A stretch of 64,000 nucleotides of DNA from Antedon mediterranea. Its lineage: Eukaryota; Animalia; Echinodermata. This document shows, piece after piece, positions 41,501 through 49,179 of the stretch (within the stretch, counting starts at the first letter, position 1; every line of letters begins with the position of its first letter). A program made the translations under genes and the position numbers. The stretch lies in assembly GCF_964355755.1 (NCBI RefSeq), contig NC_092671.1:1054001-1118000 (forward strand), read 5' to 3'. The notes beneath the pieces are model-generated. The model was not told the DNA's origin. It searched no databases and worked only from the letters and a program-made list of their open reading frames with translations.

Positions 41501-43070
41501 AAAAAACAAAAAAATATTACCAAAATATCATTTAGCAGTACATTAAGTCAACAATTGATATTAAAATTAATTTAATTTAATTATGATTCTTAATTTAATT
41601 ATGATTCTGTAATCACAGTGCTTAGCAACAGTACTTAATATTAATTAATAGTTATGGAATTTCTGTAAAACATTCAAACTATCTTTATATTTGTCGCACA
41701 AAACATTTTTTTCTACATCCTTTACATTTTTTTCCCTTATATCTAGAAAGTCTAAATATTTCCAATTTTGTATATTTCTAAGACTTTGTTATATAAAATA
41801 GACAAATATTTTAGAGTATGCCTGATGGGAGGAACTACAGGTAAAGGTGATATACTGTACTCTACCATGAATCTTGTTTAGATTCCTCTAGGTACATCAA
41901 TTTAACAAAATTGAATGATTTGCTATCACGTATTTATGTATATATAGTATCTGAAAACAAATTCAAGGTTTTGTCTGTACACTATGTTAAAGACTTCCTG
42001 AAAAACACCAACTTATCTTTAAAAAAAAATTAAGATGAAACAATTATTACAGTAAAAAAAGGTACAAAATGAATGCAGAAGGAGGCCAAAATAATTAAGT
42101 TATGGTCAGCAAATTAAAAAGGTTAAAATAAATAAATACAATTTATTATTTAAGAACATAATAACAATTATGAACTGTTTGTCTTCTTTTGTGACTTATT
42201 TGTTTTCCTGGTTTTTCAATTATGAATGTTGGCAGATACAGTATGTTAGTTAATAAAAGAATGAATGTTTACAACAAAGAATGTACCTGCATGTACAATT
42301 AAAACAAAGAATAAAATATCAACAACAATGACTTACTTTGTGACACCGTTTTCATCTACATACGTACTTCGATAGAAACCTGCCAACCCATCATTCAAAA
42401 CATACGTAAAATTAATGCATATTTCAATTTTACCGTTTTTGATCTCATTGACGAAAACAATATCGGCCTGTTCTAGTTTTTCATTAAGCACGTACTTATC
42501 TAGAGGAATGTTTTGTTTTGAAGCATCTAATACTTCAACTTTCGAAAATGTCATGTTTTTGGCATGTAAAACAAGTAATTTTGTTGGATTTTGTACGGTA
42601 GCATTAATAATGACACTGCCTGTCACATCATAAGTTGTTAGGTTTGGATGTAGAAAGATGCGATATGATGTTGGTATAACATCAGTTGGAAGACGTACAC
42701 TGTTCCAAGGCCACGGGCTGGGAGTAGGATTTATTGGGGGTGGTTTTGTCGTGTGCTGAGCAACTGTTGTGTAAATATTTGTTGTTGATCCAACATCTCT
42801 AGAACATCTAGGCCTAGCGAAGCTGGACACCACTGCGATGGCTAAAACCAGAATCAAAGCCATAAATACAATGCATGTTGATCTACTCCGTCCACAAGAT
42901 CGAACAGTTGATTGAGACCGCTTCCCTCCTCGGAACGTCGTCGTCCCACCACCACCACTGCTCTGCTGCTGCTGGTGGCCTGCCAACGGAGCAAATGCGT
43001 TGTTTTCTTCATCAGAAAAGTCATCATCTTGAATATTTTTGAGTTGTCGATAAGATCTGTCAGTGGCCAT
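17586..43070 (-). CDS. M1 family zinc aminopeptidase, type II membrane (ERAP1/IRAP/glutamyl aminopeptidase-like), 17 coding exons, 983 aa
   Basis: Exons 42337-43070, 38256-38529, 35008-35128, 34226-34380, 33831-33944, 33260-33394, 29753-29887, 28217-28365, 27803-27882, 26693-26879, 25948-26095, 25365-25444, 23283-23387, 22278-22445, 20969-21106, 20802-20883, 17586-17732. All introns are GT-AG and phases join into a 2952-nt ORF. Motifs: N-terminal TM ([19 protein letters not shown]), [78 protein letters not shown]. Confidence 0.95.
18529..20340. repeat. 48-bp minisatellite in the last intron of the aminopeptidase
   Basis: About 38 near-identical copies of AAGCAGCCATGTTTGCCAACTAACTACCATGAATGATTCAAGGACCAT. 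Confidence 0.97.
21545..22254 (-). mobile_element. 5'-truncated RTE-clade LINE (RT C-terminus) in intron 14 of the aminopeptidase
   Basis: YKHLGQTL...[17 protein letters not shown]...[43 protein letters not shown]. (GAGAT)n tail, flanked by (AAT)n. Frame broken by a 62-bp insertion. Confidence 0.9.
21818..21879 (+). mobile_element. Very short L2/CR1-like LINE or SINE 3' tail nested in the RTE element
   Basis: GCGCCTTGAGCAC...GTGCGCTATAAAAATC(TTA)n. Removing it rejoins the RTE frame KRTKVK|[11 protein letters not shown]. Confidence 0.6.
23743..25382. repeat. 87-bp minisatellite that includes the exon-12 3' end and its splice donor
   Basis: About 19 copies. The last copy runs into exon 25365-25444. 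Confidence 0.96.
26897..27426. repeat. 18-bp tandem repeat (ATTCTTTGAAGAGACTCT)
   Basis: About 29 copies, starting 17 nt from the exon-10 acceptor. Confidence 0.96.
30800..33234. repeat. 38/41-bp minisatellite (AAGTAAGCACTCACACTAAGCCTCATACTTTGAGGTTT) split by the Harbinger-like element
   Basis: Copies at 30800-31096 and 32817-33234. Confidence 0.93.
31097..32816. mobile_element. Non-autonomous PIF/Harbinger-like DNA transposon, 1720 bp
   Basis: Perfect 30-bp TIRs GGCGTCATCTACAAATTATTTCAGACCACA. TAA target duplication (31094-31096, 32817-32819) splits one unit of the host minisatellite. Repeated subterminal AGACGCGT motifs. No transposase ORF. Confidence 0.9.
34040..34115 (+). mobile_element. 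Degenerate tRNA-derived SINE head
   Basis: A-box-like GGTGGTTAAC and B-box-like GGTTCAAGTC. A similar minus-strand remnant lies at about 30695-30755. Confidence 0.4.
35712..35754 (-). ncRNA. Degenerate minimal type I hammerhead ribozyme motif (Penelope-type)
   Basis: Minus strand reads GCA-CTGATGA-A-GGGC(TAGTGTT)GTCT-GAAA-GCTC-TGC: both core boxes, short palindromic helix III, GCA/TGC helix I, helix II weakened to G-U pairs. Confidence 0.55.
37104..38090. repeat. 7/9-bp microsatellite (TATATGTAC, grading to TACATGTGC and TACTTGTAC)
   Basis: About 1 kb of low-complexity tandem array. Confidence 0.95.
38895..39914. mobile_element. Non-autonomous long-TIR (foldback-like) DNA element with internal ~310-330 bp direct repeats
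   Basis: About 165-bp imperfect inverted repeats (38895-39060 vs 39739-39914; termini TAGTCCAGTAAA...TTTACTGGACTA). Internal units each contain GCGGCCATTTT and TGACGTCA. Confidence 0.75.
40790..41430. mobile_element. Highly decayed LINE remnants
   Basis: Minus-strand [14 protein letters not shown] resembles the LINE motif LVRPxLEYxxxVW. CR1-like 3' end near 41330-41430. Confidence 0.35.
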
Positions 43071-43470
43071 ATCTCTAAACAAATACTAGCCTGTATGACT
43101 GACTACACTTTATAGATATTTGTTTATTTACAGTCGATTTATCTGCACCATTCTTAAGTTCGTACTTCGCCATAAGTATTTATTTAGTGGAGGGAGACCT
43201 CTATAATAAACGTAATGATGTTGGTGGCGATGTTTTAAAATCTTCAGTAAGAGCTTAAATTAGTTTTGAATATTGGTTAATAATTTTGTAAAATAATGAA
43301 TTATTAAATGTAAATATTATCATGGAAATATAGTGGTTAAATAGAATACTTCTAAATATATAATTCTGTGACTTAAATGGTTTGTAAAAACATGTTTCGT
43401 CAAATAATTCGTCAAAACCACTTAAAATGGTTCCTATATTTTTATTCAGTGTGTGGAATAAAATAAAACG

Positions 43471-45135
43471 TTATGCTGCATCCAGTATATTCCGTCCATA
43501 TTTTTTAACTAAAGATCGTAATTGTTCGATTTCTTCATCATTAGGAACTCCTTCATCCTCTACGACTTCTTCTTCATTTTCATTTCTTGAATATTGAGAG
43601 TTCCCTTTTTTTTCTTCCTCTAACTGATTGACACCAGGCCGATTAACCATTTTATCTGGTACTCCGACATCGTATTCGATACCGTTGGACAAACCTGAAA
43701 AAAAAACCACGAATATCTTTACTAAATTGTTAACGGAATTCTTTCCTTTGTAGCCTTATTATTTAAATAACTTAAATGTTCTCCACAAAACAATAACGTT
43801 CGGATCTTGTGATTTAGGCCTATCAACAATTGGTTCCAACTTTTACGCAACGGTGAGAACGAAGTTGATATCTCTGGTCGTCTAAAGTGCTATCTACACT
43901 ATCAAACTAGTTTGACAAAATGTGTGTTCCCAAATATGGTAGTGATATGACATCATTGTGTACATTATACATTTTTTTGTCGCATAAATTGATAGTGTAT
44001 AGAGAGATCTTTAAGAGTTAGACTAACCCGGATGCTCCTTGGCGTTTACCATCGCCATGATCTGATCAGCTTCTGCACCCTCCACGTCTTCTCCTGCAAA
44101 GTCCTCCCTCACAAATGTCGGCTGTAGTGCTTCTTGATTAGGCCTACTAAGTTCTTGGTTACTAAATTCAACATCATTTTGTTGTTGACCAACATTGGTA
44201 TCATCTGTCTTCTCAGAATTATCTACACCTCCTCCTTGCAAATATTGAGTGCCTAGGTCTTCAGAATCTTTACCTTCATCATACTTGGCTTGTCCGATTG
44301 GCGGTAAGTTCCCCCCGGTCCCATAATCTAAATATTCTTCAAACAATGACGGGTAGTTTTCAGCGATGTTACTAATTTCAGCATAATCTAGATTATCTAA
44401 ATCATTATAATCTTTAACTGTCTTCTCTGAGTTTACATTAGGCAATGTATTTGCAGTTTTTCCACCAAGCGTTTTTCCATTTTCATGAATTAAATTAATT
44501 GGTTCGTTATTATTAAGCTCAATATAATCATTGGTGTTGTCTTCACTGATTACGAATCCTTCTGTTGTTGCTTCTTCACCGTAGCCGTACCCTGAATACG
44601 GTAGAGGGCTGGGTAAGAATGTAATAGTTCCTGAATACTGATGAATCTTAGACGGAGTGTTACCATTCAACGGCTGCGGGTTACTTAAACCTTGGTTCTT
44701 CACTGCCGGTATCTTCTGCGTCTTGTCATCAAATTTAGCATTTTGTTTTGGTACCTACAGGAAGTTTTAAATGCAAAATATGGTTAATCATTATTGATAC
44801 AGTATAAATTACAATGAAACCTGTTACCAACAGTTGTATCTACTTCATCAACTATAGACATTCTTCCAAGAAGGGGCTCTTCTATTCTTACCACCTGGAA
44901 GTTTCTGTCGTCTTCACTCGATTCTAGTGGCAGGCCTAGGCCTAGGCAGTTTTCAATATTGTTTCATTTAATCTTTAACTAAACTAAGTTAAGCTACTAG
45001 CCTAGGCCTAGGCTAGGCCTACTCTGGGCTAGCCTGGCTACCCTTTATAAAGTGAACATAACTTACAATTGTTGGTGCCGAGAGAACACAGTGAAGAATA
45101 ATAAAACAGATAACACCATGATATATGTTAAACAT
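43471..45135 (-). CDS. Uncharacterised secreted acidic low-complexity protein, 3 exons, 339 aa
   Basis: Exon 45067-45135 (MFNIYHGVICFIILHCVLS-APTI, signal-peptide-like, donor gtaagt), exon 44028-44754 (acceptor cctgtag, donor gttagt), exon 43471-43694 (acceptor tttttcag). Phases 0 and 1 join into a 1020-nt ORF. D/E/N/G/Y-rich with no Cys after the signal peptide. Confidence 0.82.
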
Positions 45136-45680
45136 TTTGACTCATTTATTTCAAACTCAAAAACTTTAAAATGTCTACTTTCTGATCATTGGACCATATT
45201 TTTAGTTCATCAATTCTGTATGTCGTGCATTTATACGTATTGCGTGCTTAATTCGAATATTAAAAATTGTTATTGCGCGCAGAAATATTTCTTGCGTAAA
45301 CGCGCAGATTCCTTTCTTCTTCCGATCGACCCTCAGCTGCAGTAGTCGGTGCCTCGTTCGGTGTCGTCATGCGAATAAAATTACGTTTTTAAAAATAGAG
45401 GCCTATCTAGGTTAGGCCTAACATTTGAAATCTACCCTAGGAGAGTATGTGTTGATAGAATTAGGGCTAAGCGTCAACTTACTGGTAGTAAGAGTAAGAC
45501 CTTTCAGTCAGTTTGGTTAAAAGTATGATCATTCATTGACATTGATTGTGATTGTTCTGTAGGCTATGTTGATGATCCATGTATTGTATGGTTGTAAGAT
45601 TAAAAGTCGTCACCATAATTAACGATGCGTTATTTAATGATATTAATTCTCACTTACGATACTTTTTTTATTTCACAGAA
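44930..45680. promoter_or_regulatory. Putative bidirectional promoter region shared by the acidic-protein gene (-) and the NLR-like gene (+)
   Basis: Divergent ATGs are only about 625 bp apart. Local CpG enrichment at 45225-45375 is flanked on both sides by CCTAGG/AGGCCT clusters. Confidence 0.5.
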
Positions 45681-45760
45681 AACAAAGAATGACGTCAGAC
45701 CAACGATCAAGTTTTTAAAGAAATTCCAATTCCTAATATTTAAATATCTTCATTATATTC

Positions 45761-47782
45761 ATGGAAACTAACATCAATCTAATGGATATCTGTAAAGAGA
45801 ATCCTGTAATATCAGGATTCAACTTAGATGATCACCCTGGGATTTTATCTTACTTGAAAAATAATTTACGAGAAGATCGAGAGGTTCCCGCCACAATTTG
45901 TGATATGTTAGCAGATTTCATTGAAGATCAAGTTTTCGAGTTTGAAAATGCTGAGTATTTTGGTTTTGGAAGATCTATGATCAATTCAGAAGTGTCGCAA
46001 AGAATTTTAAAAATTCTAGGAAAAGTTTCTCTTGAAACACGTTACGAAAATCCAAAGAATGGACACTTAATTCCGAGCCACTTACTTCACAGACATTTCC
46101 CATCGTTTACCGAACTGCAGGCTAGGCAGTACTCATTTGATTTCTTACGACGTCACGAGAAGGAGCCAAATTATTTTATTTTTTCTAATCGGGTTATGCA
46201 GGATTACGTAATAGCGATTTGGTGTTGCAGTAACTTAGAAGATACGGTCACCAGTAACCTTCAGATCTCACAAGCTCTTGAACATTGTCTCCAGTTACTG
46301 CCATCAACCAGAGGTGTTTGTAGCATTCTAGCAGGTCTCATTGCCAAGTTCCATCCAGAGAAATTACGTAGCTATCTTAGAACATTGGTGAAAGCAAGCT
46401 GTGTGAACGATATTGCAGAACATGACTTGCAGATAATGATGGTTGAAAGTGTGTACGAAGCTAAAGGTGGAAACTTGTGCTCCATGGTTGAAGAACTCCT
46501 TCCCACTCTATGCATCAGTATTAAGAATAATCGCATTCATCATTTACCGTATGTGGTCTCCGCTATTGGATATTTTGTACAACATTCACATTATCTGTCT
46601 AGTGTTGACTTAAGTAATGCTGGAGTTGATGCTTGTGTGGTGCCGTTCTTTACAAATCACATTCACGACGAAACACCACTTCAGTCAATCAATTTTAGGA
46701 ACAATGACCTCGGACCAGATGGTCTTCATGCCATCAATTTGATACTATCACTCATGACCTCACTAGTTTATCTTGAATTAAGTGAGTGTAATATTGGTAA
46801 CAAGGGGTTCAAGAACTTAGCAACGTCAATGAAGTACATGCCGCTTCTTCATCTTCGAGTTCAGAAAAACGGAATCACGGACGATGGATTTATTGTCGCT
46901 GTTGACAATTTCTGTTATTGTGAAACGCTGGAATTAATCGACGTCTCAAAAAATTCAATCACAAACAAATCCACTGTTGCTTTTTCTAAGAAGTTCTGCC
47001 ATTTGAAATATTTGAGACATTTGGACATGAGTGAGAATTTGATCTCTGATGATGGAGTCAGCGCGATTGCTGTTTACCTACACGAAATTCAAAACTTGAC
47101 TTTTTTACAATTAGCATCGAATCGTGTCGGCTTAGAAGGTGCCATGAGCATTGCCGAAAACTTACATAAAGTTACAAAACTAACTCATCTAAATTTAAGC
47201 TGCAATGAAATTCCACTACAGGGACTGTTCGCTTTAAACAGTGCCAGGAAAAACCACCTGGTCGCAAACAATTTGCGGATTAGCGGACAAAAATCTTCGT
47301 CTTGCTTTAACTCGATCGGTTACTCGCCGTTATTCTCGACGTCAATGTCGTCACTTAAAAAGATGAGTGACGTTGATCTTTACGAAAAGTGCGAATCGAT
47401 GTCTGAGATCGCGCAAAAGTCGGCGCAGTCATTGCAGCAACGACTTGCTGTTAATGATGCAATGAGTACCCTGGATGACGCAATTGAATACATGACCAAC
47501 TCATTAAAGAGAGAGAGTAAACACAGGAGAACACAAGTATGGAAAGAGCTTGAAGATGAAACCCTGCTGGATGAACTCGATAACAACTCGTTAAAATCGA
47601 GTGTTCAATTCATTAGTAGATCTAGCACGTTAGATCGTGATATAAGAAGTAAGAAAAAAGAAGTGGAAGTAGACGAATGGAAAACAAGATCATTGGATAG
47701 AATGAGAATGAAACGAAAAGGATTGAAATTAGAAATAAAACCGCATGCAATTCAGGAGGTCTATGAATCAAATTTTGTTTAG
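45761..47782 (+). CDS. NLR-like leucine-rich-repeat protein (HD1/winged helix/HD2 + ribonuclease-inhibitor-type LRRs, no NACHT P-loop), single coding exon, 673 aa
   Basis: 2-kb uninterrupted ORF in AT-rich DNA. FIFSNRVMQDYVIAIW resembles the NLR WHD motif FxHxxxQExxAA. About eight 28-residue repeats LxxLxLxxNxIxxxG (e.g. LRHLDMSENLISDDGVSAIA). Acceptor ttttttatttcacag at 45678 precedes it. Confidence 0.88.
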   Translation: METNINLMDICKENPVISGFNLDDHPGILSYLKNNLREDREVPATICDMLADFIEDQVFEFENAEYFGFGRSMINSEVSQRILKILGKVSLETRYENPKNGHLIPSHLLHRHFPSFTELQARQYSFDFLRRHEKEPNYFIFSNRVMQDYVIAIWCCSNLEDTVTSNLQISQALEHCLQLLPSTRGVCSILAGLIAKFHPEKLRSYLRTLVKASCVNDIAEHDLQIMMVESVYEAKGGNLCSMVEELLPTLCISIKNNRIHHLPYVVSAIGYFVQHSHYLSSVDLSNAGVDACVVPFFTNHIHDETPLQSINFRNNDLGPDGLHAINLILSLMTSLVYLELSECNIGNKGFKNLATSMKYMPLLHLRVQKNGITDDGFIVAVDNFCYCETLELIDVSKNSITNKSTVAFSKKFCHLKYLRHLDMSENLISDDGVSAIAVYLHEIQNLTFLQLASNRVGLEGAMSIAENLHKVTKLTHLNLSCNEIPLQGLFALNSARKNHLVANNLRISGQKSSSCFNSIGYSPLFSTSMSSLKKMSDVDLYEKCESMSEIAQKSAQSLQQRLAVNDAMSTLDDAIEYMTNSLKRESKHRRTQVWKELEDETLLDELDNNSLKSSVQFISRSSTLDRDIRSKKKEVEVDEWKTRSLDRMRMKRKGLKLEIKPHAIQEVYESNFV

Positions 47783-49035
47783 CAGCAGAACCTTTTGATG
47801 CAGTTTACGCAGTTACACAGTACTCCTGTTAAACGAAACGAAAGATCGTTAAACGTTGACATTTGATCCTTGTCAGTTCTTAAAATATAAACATGCTATA
47901 CTACAACTAGCAGTCGATTTGCCAAACTTGTCCCTCTCCAATTGTTCATAGTAGATTCTTACGTCTACAAAAATCACCATACAGTAATTGTATGTTAAAT
48001 GTTTAAACATTAATAATTTCTTCATGTCAAACTACACAATCTCTTATTCCAAATAATAATTGTTTGTTTTGATAACTTGTTGTAAAACAAACACGTTTGA
48101 AACATGTCATGGTAATAACTGTAATGTTTGTATTTCAATCGATACGGAACAATTTAGAACAACTTTATTTTTATTGTATAATAGTTCAAAAGTCATGTAA
48201 CAAATGGGATAAATAAAACATTATTCATTATCATTGACTATAATAATTGGTAAATATTCTTTTTATATATTATATAATAATAAATCAAAATCAAATATAT
48301 TAGTATAATATAATGATTTTACAATAATAATTTAATACCATATTACCGTATTATAACATTATAATAAATGATTTAATATTAACATTAACAATGTGTAAGA
48401 TATATATTAATGTATTTATGCTGAGTATTCTGTACTTTCATCATTTTATGTTGTCTGGTTATAAAATGTTTTTCTGGCAAAAATTGATAAATTTAAGAAA
48501 GCTTACAAAACAAAACATTAACTTGTAGATGTATAATTCATGGTACAAAAGTGGAAATTTCACAGTATAATACTCTAATGAATCCATACGTTGCTAGTAT
48601 AAATTTACATTTGCTTCTAATGTTTAAAAACATTGTACGCTGACAAGTGACGCGCGTGAAAATACATTAGTGTGCGCGAACGCGGGTGTTTTGTGCTTCT
48701 CTTCGTGGTGCCTGCCGTGACAAACTGCATATGATGATCAACTTGATTCTCTCAGCGTTAAATGTATAAATATTATCAATAATTTGTTACAGTAAAAACT
48801 GATATCATCTCTTAATATTGTTTAATTGACTAATTATTCAAGTGGTAACATAGACTTTCAGCCAGTGTGGTTATAAACCTTCACTGGCGTCAAACATTAA
48901 TAATCGACGTACCATATTCCAGTAGAAAATCGAAGTAACACGATTGGTATAAACATACCGATATTAAAAATGGATATATGAAATAGGAAAATGTTCAGTA
49001 ATAAAATGTTTTAATCTTGGTGTGATCTCTTATCA

Positions 49036-49179
49036 TCAAGGGTTTTGCTTTTCCAGCCATTCGAACGTACTAGCAGCATTGTTGGTCATCCATATGATAT
49101 TTGCCTTTGTCTTTTCAATACTTTGTTGATAGGCGCGAGCTGCTGATCCGAAATCTCTATCTTCGCCAAACGCTTCCAA
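49036..49179 (-). CDS. APN-like gene alternative last exon 17B ([47 protein letters not shown])
   Basis: Acceptor ttttaaacag, open frame ending TGA TGA TAA. Confidence 0.9.
   Translation of the reverse strand: MEAFGEDRDFGSAARAYQQSIEKTKANIIWMTNNAASTFEWLEKQNP

Noticed and set aside
43071-43082. ORF-track start MFRD for the aminopeptidase
   Set aside because: It is a TTG codon overlapping an acceptor-like sequence; the ATG at 43070 is the plausible start.
45067-45119. Alternative frame MVLSVLLFFTVFSRHQQ for the signal exon
   Set aside because: Ends in phase 2 and does not join the phase-0 exon at 44754; the MFNIY frame does.
47380-47586. Antisense ORFs overlapping real exons (also 42415-42633, 61721-62071, 38323-38577)
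   Set aside because: Shadow frames of genuine coding sequence.
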